A stretch of DNA of 62,644 nucleotides, counting the filler, from Sphacelaria rigidula (taxonomy: Eukaryota), in the NCBI GenBank assembly GCA_964200075.2. It is 3 parts of 3 records of this genome, joined end to end, with 100 filler letters (N's around TTAATTAATTAA, not from the genome) between each part and the next. Parts side by side here need not be neighbours in the genome. Positions count along the whole stretch, not along the records: positions 41,871 to 62,644 come from CAXNAA020000494.1; 2 more parts are not named here. One strand, given 5' to 3'. Numbering within the stretch: the stretch's first letter is position 1; each line of letters begins with the position of its first letter. Below the pieces are notes generated by a model. That model had not been told where the DNA came from and made no database searches. It saw only the letters and a list, made by a program, of their open reading frames with translations. Of this stretch, positions 49,401 to 61,144 are shown in pieces. The position numbers and the translations under genes are program-made.

Positions 49401-52400
49401 CAGCTAGAGGTATGCACGGGCTGTATGCCGATGTCACTATGAAGCACGCCACATGAAAAGAAAGCAATGGCTCCTCCCCACAAAGCGGAGTTGCTCCTGA
49501 AACTAGCATGAGTCACTGAAATATCCGGACACCCAACCCCGTACAACGCTCCACCGGCGCTCGCAACGGCTTCGTTGTGCTCGAATATCGGCGTACCGCT
49601 TATGCTAACTGCACTTGCTCCGCTGAGGGAAATCGCACCTGTTGTCCCGGGTAGCAGGCACGACGTCTTATATGAAATCAGGAAAAGCGCGCATATCAAT
49701 GAAGCGCGCTATGTTAGATAGTGCCCCGCTCTGAATCGAGCCGTTTCGTCTTGGTCGCGATTGTTTGAAGGAATCGCTATTTCGCTGTATGGAGAGCGCA
49801 TCGTAAGCATCTCGGATGATGCAGTATCTGACTTACAACAAAAACGTCGGTGAACAGAAAGTCCTCGCTGATACTTCGAGGCCACAACAGCGTGCACAGC
49901 ATCGCAAAGCTTCGAGCCAGGGCAGCTACGGCACCAAAGGGGAACCGTTTCGAAACGAGATTTTGTTACTGTGTCGTAGTATATTTTTGGCTCTATTCGG
50001 AAAAGAAGACCTTGAACGTGCGCATAAATGGGATAGGTTACCGTTGGCGTCCCCTTTGACAAACCACGTGCATGCATGTACTGGTGCGCATAGCAGGCGT
50101 GTCCAGTTCACAGTCCTCACATCGGTAGTTGACGGGCCAACGACCGAACACTGCCCCCTGCTCCAATGACGACGTTGTCAAGTTCCGAAAATGACAGCGC
50201 ATTGATGGATTGATCTATTCATTCATTGCTGATCCTTAACCGTTGCCCGAGAAATCCACTTGGCGTTACAATATAGACGCACCGAAGGTAAACGAAAACG
50301 TGAACAACGCTCAAGGAAACTCAAAAAAGAGGTAAAAGGTGAAGACAAAGATAACGAAGTAAAATGGACAAGGGCCGCATACCTCCACTGACTGCCGCTG
50401 TGTTGCCCGCAAAGAGTGAGTCGCCACTGATGGTGAGTTTCCCACCCTGTAGGGCAACGGCGCCTAACAACGCGGCAAAAATGCGCCGAGCATGGGATCA
50501 TGGTCAACACAGAACATAACAGACTAACAGGATCAAAAACAGCTACAACATGTACGCACATGCGTGCTTGACTTCACGGGGTTTCTTGGAGGAAGGCTGG
50601 TGTTCGGACGAGATTGCTATTCGTAAGCTGTTTTATGGTGGCAGCAGCAGTGTTATCAAACGTTGACAGAACAATCGGAAGAACTGTCTATAGTGGCTGC
50701 AGAACTGTGTCAAGTCTTGCAGAGTGATGGACACCAGCACCCCGTCCACGAACCATGACACAGCAAGGTAGACAGCCTTCGTCATACGCGCTCACCTCGA
50801 GAGAGTCGTGCGAAGTTTGAGTCCATGCATAGTACCTTCAAAGTAAACACCGAAGGTTATTCATGATGCCAAGGGTGGCGCGAATCGAAAGCAACACACC
50901 AAGGCCTTTTAAGTAGTCACTTGGTGGCCTGGGTGTGGAGAGGGGTTGATATCCAGCAAGAGCCGTGCTTCTGTAAGAGTCTCAAGTTGTAAAATACGAC
51001 TCCCCTCGGCACCGGCTTCTAGCTCATGGAGATAGAGATACCCGAGCGTGCCACTCGATCATCTTCGAAGCTGTACCGTTGAAAGCCAAGGCGGCTGATC
51101 AAGTAGCCTCGTCGGCAGCAACAGAAAAAAGACGTTGTGAGGCGCGAATTCGACCATGCTACTGTAGCACGGCATTTGAGCATGATCAAATTACGGCTTG
51201 AAGTAGTGGACTTTGCGCGACATTGTCCTCAAACTCCCACGGTTGATATATTCAATATTTTCATGCTGACCCTAAAACCGAACCTAGGATAGACCGAGAA
51301 CTCTCGGGCAAAGGGGGTGAATGAAGTACCTCGCAAAATGTGCGTTAGCAGAACTTAAATCAGGGCTGGCCGTACGCGTCGATTCGAGTGGAATCTCGTA
51401 TCGGGCACGCCGTGAGCATTTCGGATCATCAAGCCCCTGAATGGATAAATCGGGAGTCTGACGCCAAAACTCGAGTATGTTTCAACCGTGGGAAAATTGA
51501 CAACAAGTTGGCGTAAGTTCTCCTGGCTTGGAGCTTTCGAGAACGAGAGGCGCTAGAATGATACATGCTGCCCTTAAACAAAAACCAGGGCTGGGAGGGG
51601 GCTGTTCAACGTAGATGGAGGAGTAATGTCGTTTTCTCATTCACAGCCACGACAACGTACGGGCGTGACAATTTTTGAGTCGCAAACAGATTTATAACGC
51701 CAACGTCGCTCAATCGTGCCAAAGGTATGTGGTTCTGATAATTGATCAAGTATCTTGACCGACCAACGTAGGACAACCTTGTCTCGAAGTAATGCCCGGA
51801 GGTACCGTACACGTCACCTCTTACGCCACCCTGCCGGTAGGAGATGTGACACCTGCAGGGGCTCGGTACGATACGAGTGATCGAAGGATGGAAAGATACA
51901 ACGCAGAGAAACGCTCCGTGATTGCAAAACGCGTGAGTTTATGCGCAAGGAGGTGAGCATATGCCCGGCGGCGTCAAGTCTTTCAGGCAGGGTATATTTT
52001 TACTACCAGAGTGTGAGGGAACGTTTCGGGAATACCGTCCGTAGTGGATGTGAACAGAATAAACCTAAAGAAATGTTAGTACACAATGGTTGATACGGAT
52101 GACTACTTGATTTTAGAATTGAGAAAGTTCTGAGGAACATTATGGTTTAGGGCATGTGAGCAGTGGATCCAGCTCGTCCAGAACTAGGCTTTTACTCATT
52201 ATGCTAGTAATGCCATTTTTTTATGCTAGTAATCTCACCAAAATTATGCTCGTAAAATGGAATTTATGCTCGAAAATATGCTCGTATTTCCAAAATATTA
52301 TGCTCGATTAATGCTCGCAACGTGGAATTTATGCTTGATCATGATCGTAATATCCAATAAGGATGCCATTTTCGACCGGATATAGACCCATCGATCACTA

Positions 52401-55400
52401 TTTATTACTACCATTGTTATGTTCGCCACATTAGCTCGATCTCTCAAACCCGTGGTCACAGAGTGCGAGGAGCGTACCACCCATACCCATAATCAAGCTT
52501 CCGCCGAGGAAGGCAAACAAAACACCTACACGAAAAACGGCATACTACTGTAAAGGCATGTTTTATATATACGAAGTACTACCTGCCTACATTAGTTCGA
52601 TTGAATACCGTATTTTCCTGTTGTCGTACACAGTGCATCATTATATATCATCGCGTACTCTCTATACTACATCTTGTGCTACATGCCGCCCCCCAACTGC
52701 CGTTTAGACAAGACATATGGCAGGCAACCTTCTGATTCGAAAATCCATCACAATCTGGCACAATGAGTGTACGTTCTACGCACCTCGTCATCACGCTCAA
52801 AATGACAAGTCACGAAATCACATGATGCTTTCACTCGTCGCCTGTCCCATGTGGGGGAACTCGTGTCCAAGGACAGCGACAAACGGAAAACTGACATTTC
52901 ATTTATGAATGATTGTTAGATTGATTGTCTCGCATGAGCCGATGCCGTTTCTAATCCAGCGGTAGTCGTGAGATGGGTGTGACCTGAGAAACAAGGTGAA
53001 AAAAAGGAAACACATCACACCCTGGACAATAGACGGCATCTATTGCAATAGCAATAGAATCTGCTGCAGTAGATGCTAATATTGTCGTCCGTAATGGCCA
53101 TCGATCGGCAAAATTCTCTTCCTCTTGTCGTTGACAATGTCTATCGATAGACCAGTTTCCCACACTCTTGTCTGGGCAGCAGTCTGCCGTGTCCCTACGC
53201 CGAAATATATTGCGGCCGACCATATGCATCGATCGACAGCTTTCCATATCCATTGATAACGGCAATGGCTATCGATAGACCGCGTGCCGAATCTATTGAT
53301 GACGACAATGACTATTGCCAGATTATATACTAAATCTATTGATGACGGCAATAGCTATTTATAGATTGCGTATAAATCTATGCATGGCGACAATGAGTAT
53401 CGATAGATATTTACCAGAATCTACTGTGGTATACAATGCCTACCGATAGATATTCTCTGTCGTCTATTGCCACATCAACATCGCAACATAATACGTACAG
53501 AGCATATTATACTCCGTTAATGTACGGTCGAGAAGCCGCAGGTGGATATGCAGTGGGTATTTGATGATACTACTTGTTAATATATGACATCACGTTCTAC
53601 AATTTTGGAATGCTTGTATTTAGTAGGAATACGCGATATGTATGGACAAAAGTTTACAACTTTTGTGGTTGGTGTGGTATTGGTACTTATGGTTGTCCCT
53701 CTGATGGACATGAGCGCTTATGGTACTTTTGTGTGTGGTTGAGATGTGCTTGTACCCTGGACAATATACTATGTTTCAGAACATTGGCGCTGCAATAGCC
53801 CCGGAAATTTGACCGTCAATGTTCATTGTCAGTCATAATCAACTGGCATCAATGTCCGTTGATAGCTATTGTAGGCGACAAAAGATTCGGGACACGGGAC
53901 AGAATATATCATCGCTGTGACAATGGAGGGGCCTAGTTGCCTATTGAGACATTTTATCTGCTGCAACAGGATCTGCCACGCTGCCATCAATACATATTGT
54001 TGGTTACAATAGGATATCAACTGCGCCCAGCAATGCCTATTGAGGATCACAACATAATCTGAATCGCGGCTACCAATGTCTACCGCTGGTCACAATGCAA
54101 TCTGAATCACGGCCACGAATATCTAAGGGGTATTGCCGTTGATGTCAAAAGACCACTGCAGTGAGCAATCTATTTTTCAAATCCTATCGTTGGCGTCACT
54201 GGCTATCGATAGGCGCTCCCGAGAACAATCGACTGCTGACGGCAATGTCCACATTGATAGATACCAAACAATGCACTGTTGGCGGCAGAGGCTACCGATA
54301 GACGGCTCACCAAATCTATTGATGACGGTAACAGGTATTGGTAGATGGCTCACCTAATCCATTGATGACGGCAATGACTTTCAATGGATGGCTCACCAAA
54401 CCTGTTGATAACGGCAAAGACTATCGATGGATGGCTCACCAAACCTATTGATGACGGCAATGGCTATCGATATATACATCCCACAATCTATTGCGGTACA
54501 CGATGTCCATCGATGGCGAGGGATCCTTATCTGTTGTAATTGCCATAGGCTATCGATCGACTATTGCAACATAGATTGTCCCTTGCAATGCACATCAATA
54601 TTTGTGTTTCACCATCTATCGTGTTCGATAACACATATCGATAGACTTTCCCCCATGTCTTTTGCTGAAGCAACGGACTATTGTTGTGTCCATTGTCCAG
54701 AGTGTGAAACACACATAGGGGTAGAAATTGGAAAAATACTAGAGTAGACAAGAAGAATGAAGTAGCCAGAGAAACTACAAAACCAAAACACACAAAAAAA
54801 TGGGAAGCTAAGATCTGATGCGTGTTGTGCGCTGTGCACCATGTACTACAGACTACAGACTGTACAGTACATCGTAGGTGTTCATGTTTTGTGTGGTGCG
54901 CTTTCATAAGCAAACGGTTTTCAGACCTGCGATCGATCAGACTGGCAGTTTGAATCAATAGTTCCAGAGCATACATGTAGCTCAGACCCGTGGTCGATGA
55001 TATCAGAGTTTTTCGCCCAAAATATCACAGCAGGCCAGCATTTAGATCCGTAATCCCACCCCTACGGTGAATAATTATGCTCGATTATGCTACTCGCTGA
55101 AACGCCATGCTATTTATGCTACTCGCTGAAACGCTATGCTATTTATGCTACCAAGGTGGAATTATGCCAGAAATTATGCCAGCATAAGAAGTAAAAGCCT
55201 ATCCATAACGTGTTTTGGTCGAAATCGGCGCCTGTGGCGACGATTTGAGGTCTCCCAACGCACACTACGCCGAGGAAATCTCCGCACCCTCCGTGCCCGA
55301 GGGTCTCGTGCGCCTTGGGTCGGGGTTAGGGTTAGGGTTAGGGTTAGGGTTAGGGTTAGGGTTATAGTTAGTTTGTAACATTCCATGATGCTTCCCATCA

Positions 55401-58400
55401 ACCATTGTGTACGAACATTTATTTAGGTCCCCTCCGTGAAGATGCAATATGCAAACAGGCCCATTCGATCATACAGCATGAACCCCTTGATCAACCGCTG
55501 TACAAACTGCGGAACGCCATTCTGAATATTTTTCAAGAAATTCGCGCCCCTCAACGGCTCAATCACCAAAGATTCATATCCAAACGTCGCTTTGAATCCG
55601 AGTCATGTACGCCGTACAGATTACTGTACCTCATCGAGACCAGTCCCTTCAATACCATAACAGTGTCAGGAGATACGCGTGTGTGCGTGTGTGCTTGTGC
55701 CGCCTCCCACCGTGCTTGCGGATGACTGAAGGCATGAGAAACGGGCGGCCGTACTGAGGTTCGTTTGGCACGGCGCTTGTCTTTGTGCTACTTCAGTCAC
55801 CCCACGTCATCAAGAAAGACGACGAATGAACGCCTTGATATTTGACCCCCTTACCCTCACAGCCTGGTCCGGCGAAAACCCGGCGTGCTCCGTCCCGGCT
55901 TTGTAGGGATGCGACGTCAATTGTCTTATGACTATGGCATGCATGATCATGAGTACACCCTTACCCTCACAAGCTGATAGATCGATATGTCGTTCCCATG
56001 GTTTGCTACATGCCTTGGTGCAGCGCCAACGACCCGGACGAAGATGCGGACTAAGTCGCGTGAAGTTGGGTGCGCTCATCGGTCGAAAAACATACGGGAA
56101 CGTTCCCAAAAATGTGCCCTGGCTCTCCTTGATAGAAAAATCAAGCAAGCCAGTCAGAAAGGAAGTACCGGTCGGTTGCTCCAAAGAAAAAACTAGAAGA
56201 CATTCTGCGCGTATGACACACACACTTTCATGTTGCTTACGGCCGCACTGTCTGTCCATCCTTGTTCATTGTTCAAGATTCAAATATACCAATTCAAAAG
56301 ATGGTCCACCCTGGGCATGACTTGTCTTCATAAATGGACAAAGTCAAACTGAAACGCAGAGTACAGTAGAGTACAACGCAGTGCAGTGCTGTACAGTATA
56401 GTGCAGTACAGTGTAGTCTTCTTTCTCCCCCCCCGTTGAGTTCATTCTAGGTATCTCCACGGATCGTATTACGCAGAACCTTTGGAGAGCGTGACCTCTT
56501 CCTACTTCCAGTTCTAAAAGTGAAGCCTTGATCGCAAGGGTGGGTAATTTGGGACTTGTATACTTTTTTCAAGTTAAAATAGTGATAATTCAACAATAAC
56601 CCACGCTGGGCGTGACTGGCCAGCAGATGGACAAGGCCGAAGTCAACGTACAGTACAGACAGAAGTACAACGCAGTACAGTACAGGACAGGACAGTGCAG
56701 GACAGAACAGTGTTGTCTTCTCTCTCTCTCCCGCATTGCAATTTCTGCCCTTTGTCCAAAGGTATCTCAAAGGATCAAACAACACCGAATCCCAGACGAG
56801 CGTCACGTCTTCCTGCCACCAGCTCTGAAGTTGAACCCTTCGACTGCCAGGGTGGGTCATCTGGGCTTTGCATTCATTTTTCAAAGTGAACAGTATGTCA
56901 ATGCAACACATGGCTCACCCTGAAGGTGACACCTGCCCCGTGTTTTTCCGAGAAACAAATACATGGCTCACCCTGAAGGTGACACCTGCCCCGTGTTTTT
57001 CCGAGAAACAAATCTTCGTCGCAGCGGACGGATGATTGAGAGACAGCACGGCGCACAGAGCGGTATCGATAGACTAAACACAACTAGCAAACAGGAGAGC
57101 ATATTGCAGTCATCATGATGTTGTCTGTTCCAGTACACGCCACGCCTTGTACCACAAGTGCCCTGTGCGGCTGGCTACACAAGCGACGTTGTTTTTCTCA
57201 ACGTAGCCTGTGGGAGTGCATTATACATGGACATGCGCACGCATGTAACAAACTTACTCCGACGCAGGCCTCTCCTCCGAGGTTTCCCTCTCGATCCCGC
57301 TTACATGTGCTTACTTTTTATTCGCTTTTGTTGAGGACGGAGGGTTGGCCGGAAGACTGTCTCCAGGGGCCGACTTCGGTACCCTAGATCTCCTCGGCGG
57401 CATGTGCGAGTTGAGCTATATTTTCAGCGTTGTGTACTTCAAATCCACATGCAGAAACCATGGCTCTCCTGTTCATGGAACGTCCCGCGCTCAGTGAAAC
57501 GAACCGGAAAATGGCTGTTTTATTATTGCAAGTTTTGAGGGTACGCTGGAAAAACACCTAAATGGCAAGGTCCAGGCCCCCTCTGTGCCAGAGATCTCGA
57601 GGTGTAGGTAGCGTCCCAAGAAGGAGGGCGTCTCCTCAACACGCGATTTCTCCACCAAAAGGGTGTAGTCCAAAATCACGTGTATGCACATCGAAAAAAG
57701 GGATAAAAACATGACAAGTCTCTGGCCGGAACAATGCCGTCGAACAATCCGGACACTCCTCGGCGGCCAACACGCCCTCGGTTCAGTACATCCAACAGTG
57801 AGGTACGTACTGTGCAGGTCTCACCTCCGTTACCACCGGCAGCATTCCTTTTGAAATTTGCTGCGCCCTCGAGGTCGATAGTACCTGTCGCGTACAACGC
57901 ACCTGTGCACATCCAATCACAACAGGTCGCCGGTCAGAATCGGCATTCGTTGAAGCTGATCAAGTAGTATTATATGCAATTTTGTTTTTTTCCTTGAAGG
58001 AGGAAACCTCACCCAACACTTACCCCGCAAGCGGATTCGTGTGCCGGTTACTCCGAGGCTTGGCTAGACCGCCTCACGGCAGTCATGTGAGGTAGGCGCC
58101 TCGAGCATTTGGAAGCGTTGCTCAAGGTGAGTGTGGGGGTTGAATATCATTAAAGCTCCCCGCCAGCTCAGCACAGTACACGCGCCGCCCTACTCTAGTA
58201 AGCTCCGGCCCTAGATGAGAGTAGTCATGTATGAAAAGCCGATGTATCAAACAAATGTCAAGGCTCCCGACTTGGCACCCAATCTATAACGGCCGNNNNN
58301 NNNNNAGAGCTGCTGCAGCTCTTTCGGGAGAAACGTATGTGTTGTACGGCACAGATCCATGTCAAGCCCATGATAAGTTGAAGCTCCACGCCTCTCTCCA

Positions 58401-59127
58401 TACCCCGGTGTGTAGCACCCTAGCATGGTGTTATTCCCGCATCGGATTTCAAACGCGCCGCTATGTACTCGATACGCTGCACGAGGTATGCTCAACACAC
58501 CAACGCGGGCTTTCTCGCTGACGATAAGATGTGCGAAACAGTCATCCTTTGCATCCACAATGGCGCATTTTCTAGGTCAATCAACCACTTGCTCCGTTGC
58601 CCTATCGTCCACCATCCCTACCAAACTCATGTCCCACGTTCGAAGATTACTTCACCTCCATCATCTCCGGCCTTGTTGCTCACAAACTCAGCCACCCCGT
58701 TGATAGCAAGACTTCCTCCAAGTGAAGAGATGAAACCTATCGTGGGTATGTTACATAGACAGTCGAATGAAATCTCCGTCGCAGCACCGTTGGTGAAAGT
58801 GGAAACCTACTCCTCCACGGAGACTCGTGTGTGCATCACCTACAGTCAATCAGCATTTCTCCGTGGTCGCTGCACCCACTCACCTCCTACGGTTCCCGCG
58901 ATGTTAGACGCCACGTACGTGTAGCCGTCAAAAGTGATGTCGTTGCCAGAGACCAATATCGCACCTACGCTACTCCTCCACGGAGACTCGTGTGTGCATC
59001 ACCTACAGCCAATCAGCATTTCTCCGTGGTCGCTGCACCCACTCACCTCCTACGGTTCCCGCGATGTTAGACGCCACGTACGTGTAGCCGTCAAAAGTGA
59101 TGTCGTTGCCAGAGACCAATATCGCAC
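43166..59127 (-). CDS. Polymorphic-membrane-protein-like (Pmp GGA/FxxN beta-helix repeat) surface protein with Cys-rich stalk and multi-pass TM C-terminus; 5' end outside the window or not found
   Basis: Exons 59047-59127, 58884-58964 (duplicate), 58656-58736, 57825-57902, 50383-50463, 49303-49638, 48520-48716, 47682-47979, 45106-45392, 44265-44921, 43935-44053, 43166-43493 (stop TGA at 43166-43168). All phase-compatible GT-AG. Repeated FxxN..GGA(I/L/V) motifs, LxPGYYR..C..AC.GG..C..GY.GPYC, then hydrophobic helices with YLRADYS, YPVGIP, YKP..YWYELVE.RR. Confidence 0.88.
43935..44053 (-). CDS. Pmp-like gene TM exon (VAVTLLLAFVFTIVSETLAPF...VIFA)
   Basis: acgcag|GTT ... AG|gtaaaa. Confidence 0.85.
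44265..44921 (-). CDS. Pmp-like gene large TM exon
   Basis: acacag|TCC ... CAG|gtgagc; 219 codons. Confidence 0.9.
45106..45392 (-). CDS. Pmp-like gene exon (CAACEDD...KIVLVVWQIITQ)
   Basis: tgccag|AT ... CAG|gtaagg. Confidence 0.88.
45441..45657. mobile_element. MITE with 35-bp perfect TIRs and internal (TTAGGG)n; TGT-type end with 4-bp TSD (Ginger-like?)
   Basis: taatgcgtgagaggaccgcgtgcttagaggaccgc (45443-45477) inverted at 45621-45655; gagg at 45437-45440 and 45658-45661. Confidence 0.78.
47682..47979 (-). CDS. Pmp-like gene Cys-rich stalk exon
   Basis: gaccag|GGT ... T|gtgaga. Confidence 0.88.
48092..48295 (+). mobile_element. tRNA-derived SINE-like element
   Basis: A-box-like tgcctcagttgg (48100) and B-box ggttcgaatc (48144); no complete cloverleaf; A-rich 3' end. 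Confidence 0.5.
48520..48716 (-). CDS. Pmp-like gene exon (ISGGAIEHTG...VFEAN...TFTDNSLYC)
   Basis: ccacag|CC ... GAG|gtgatc. Confidence 0.87.
48953..49116. mobile_element. Small palindromic MITE, piggyBac-like ends
   Basis: TTAA|CCCGTTTGGGACC ... GGTCCCAGAGAGG|TTCA; internal inverted tgtgaatcggcat / atgccgattcaca. Confidence 0.55.
49303..49638 (-). CDS. Pmp-like gene multi-repeat exon (4 FxxN motifs)
   Basis: caacag|GT ... G|gtaaga; phase 1-1. Confidence 0.88.
50383..50463 (-). CDS. Pmp-like single-repeat exon (GAVALQGGKLTISGDSLFAGNTAAVSG)
   Basis: tgttag|GC ... G|gtatgc; 81 nt, phase 1-1. Confidence 0.82.
52185..55201. mobile_element. Non-autonomous hAT-like element in a Pmp-like gene intron
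   Basis: TIR TAGGCTTTTACTCATTATGCT / AGCATAAGAAGTAAAAGCCTA (2 mismatches); TSD tccagaac / tccataac; TTATGCT subterminal repeats at both ends. Confidence 0.82.
53016..54706. mobile_element. Nested CACACCCTGGACAAT-TIR element with 43-bp subterminal repeats
   Basis: cacaccctggacaata (53016) / cattgtccagagtgtg (54691-54706); TSD aaacacat / aaacacac; ggctcacc recurs at 54304, 54347, 54390, 54433. Confidence 0.8.
55323..55370. repeat. Interstitial telomere-like (TTAGGG)n tract
   Basis: ~6-7 perfect GGGTTA units. Confidence 0.9.
56280..57013. repeat. Diverged ~300-bp tandem units plus a perfect 53-bp duplication (56908-57013)
   Basis: tgac..atggacaa..gtatctc..gggtgggt pattern at 56318 and 56612; acatggctcaccctgaagg... 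twice. Confidence 0.7.
57825..57902 (-). CDS. Pmp-like single-repeat exon (GALYATGTIDLEGAANFKRNAAGGNG)
   Basis: gcacag|GT ... G|gtgaga; 78 nt, phase 1-1. Confidence 0.82.
58656..58736 (-). CDS. Pmp-like single-repeat exon (GFISSLGGSLAINGVAEFVSNKAGDDG)
   Basis: cgatag|GT ... G|gtgaag; 81 nt, phase 1-1. Confidence 0.8.
58884..58964 (-). CDS. Duplicated Pmp-like single-repeat exon (GAILVSGNDITFDGYTYVASNIAGTVG)
   Basis: identical to 59047-59127; acceptor gcgtag kept but without a pyrimidine tract. Confidence 0.5.
59047..59127 (-). CDS. Pmp-like single-repeat exon (GAILVSGNDITFDGYTYVASNIAGTVG)
   Basis: gcgtag|GT ... G|gtgagt; 81 nt, phase 1-1. Confidence 0.8.
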
Positions 59128-61144
59128 CTACGCCGCGGACAAGAGACAATCAAACGAGAAAAAAGAACGTGGTGTGCTGTCTGGCATGTTGGAGTTCGAT
59201 GTGGCGATGCAGACATGGATGACAAGGCTACCATTTCTTTTTAGACACTCGTAATGAGTCATGCCTTCTGAAGTGAGTACACGATCTCTCCTCGCTCTCG
59301 CTATACCAACATTTCTGGGGATCTCTGACATGAAACTTCTAGACGTAATTATTTTGGAAGCAGACAACAATGAGTAGACCCACTCCCTTTCTAGCCACAA
59401 GGGGGTAGTGGCAAAACACAGCCTTGGATTCTGCTCGTCATCCTCCAGAATCGATCTTAATGCAATTCTCGCGTGAAGGCAAGACGACTACGGCCTACGC
59501 AGAGCACCGGAATCGACTCTCACGAACTTTCGTGCGCGCCTATGGGTCAGCAAACACTGTGGCGGGGAACAAGAGCTGCGCATGAGGCCCGCGTTTGTCC
59601 AAGAACCGGGTGGGGCGAACCACCACCATCTACTATATTTCCATCTCCGCCTTCTATTCCTCCCCATTCTTCTACTCCCTTTCTCCGAAGTATACGCACT
59701 GTTGACCCCCTTTCCGCCCCTTGGTACTCATCGTCTATGCTACCGTACGGCAGAGCATCGAAGGATCTAAAACATCTCCGCCGCCTCTTTCTGACGCCTG
59801 GAGAAATCCTTCGCACACAAAGCAGACCCCATCGGCGTGTCGAGCTAGCCTCTACCTCACGACACAACAACAGGAAAGGTCGACGATGATCTCTCACGTA
59901 TCATTGTTCTGCTGTAGTTGAAGAGATCCCAACGGAACCCACGGAGTCGCGGCCCAAAAAGAATGTGGCTGAAGAATATATATTTGTGGGAGCGAAGGGC
60001 GTCGCTGCGTGACTGCTCTGGACGAGAGTATGACTTGTTCCTCAGAAAAAAGCTCGAACAGTTTTCGACAATTGCTCATTTTCCCGACCTTTATGTGAGG
60101 GCAGGTTCCTTGTCGAGGTCACGCAAATATCGATTTTGAATTCCTATTTTTTCTGCAAAACACAGTGGTTGTCGGGCAACTACAACGGTTGTCGGGTAAC
60201 ACAGCGGCCCTGGGCACTGTCCAGACAGCAGAGCGGGTCGCGACCCAAAGAGAGCTACCTTCTACCTACGCACGGAAGTATAGTTGTTGTGTCGGACCTA
60301 GGTCTCCTTCCGTTATCGCTCCCATTACGGACATTTTGTGCAACGGGTGGTACCTATACCGTCTGTTTACAGCATCTGGTATTCCCTCCTCCGGCGGTTT
60401 GAGTGGGCAAGACAGGTAGACCCGCGGCACTTTCTGCCCTCGGCCATGGCTCAGGCGGATTGTTATCAAAGGGGATAAACCCTTTTCAATATCCCTTTCG
60501 GAAAGGGGATTGCTCGATGTGCACACAGGCTCAGACAAGGTTCAGAGATGCGCCGGTTCCAGAAATGGACGCTAGTCCAATAGCTCAGTACTGCTGTAGA
60601 CAAGACGCAACAAGGCGACACGACACCTGAACACCAAGCCCCGAGAAACACTCACAGATACCCACCACTTACGCGAATCAGCTGCAGCGCTAGCCGTTGC
60701 TTATCTACACACGGCAGTCTTTGTTTGACGGAAATCTGTCCTGTGTTTGATGAAAGGCGGGCGCATGCGTGTCCAACTACAACCGAAAAGGTGCCGCCAC
60801 TGACCGTTTGTGCGCGTGTGCTGTGCGCACGCGCCTCACACAACTAGTCGTTTCTCATTGAATTCTAAACAGATTTGAGCAAGGTCACGCGCAATCTGCT
60901 CAGCTAATTAGCAGGTACGGCTCGACCTGAGTGTTTTTAATTTGCGGGGGTAGGGTGTTCTGCAAGCCTCTCATTGTGTTGGGTTGTGTGGCAAGCCTTT
61001 GCATGTACCTTTGTCAATGGAACATTCATGTTCTCGTTCAAGGTGGTGGTAATAAAATCCCTTCGTAACATAGATTTTAGGAAGTGTTCTATCAAGTCCT
61101 TAGACCATTTTTTACTGTTTATTTCGGGAAGGGGGCGTATTTTT

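Larger units (their letters stand above)
58807..59133. repeat. 163-bp tandem duplication containing a whole exon
   Basis: two copies differing by one visible substitution (cagtcaatc / cagccaatc). Confidence 0.92.

Noticed and set aside
54240-54470. 43-bp periodic repeats as a CRISPR-like array
   Set aside because: Units are contiguous and diverge along their whole length, with no unique spacers and no cas genes; they lie inside a TIR element
59470-60850. Further Pmp-like exons or a separate gene
   Set aside because: No GGA/FxxN repeat with matching splice sites; ORFs are short and unrecognisable
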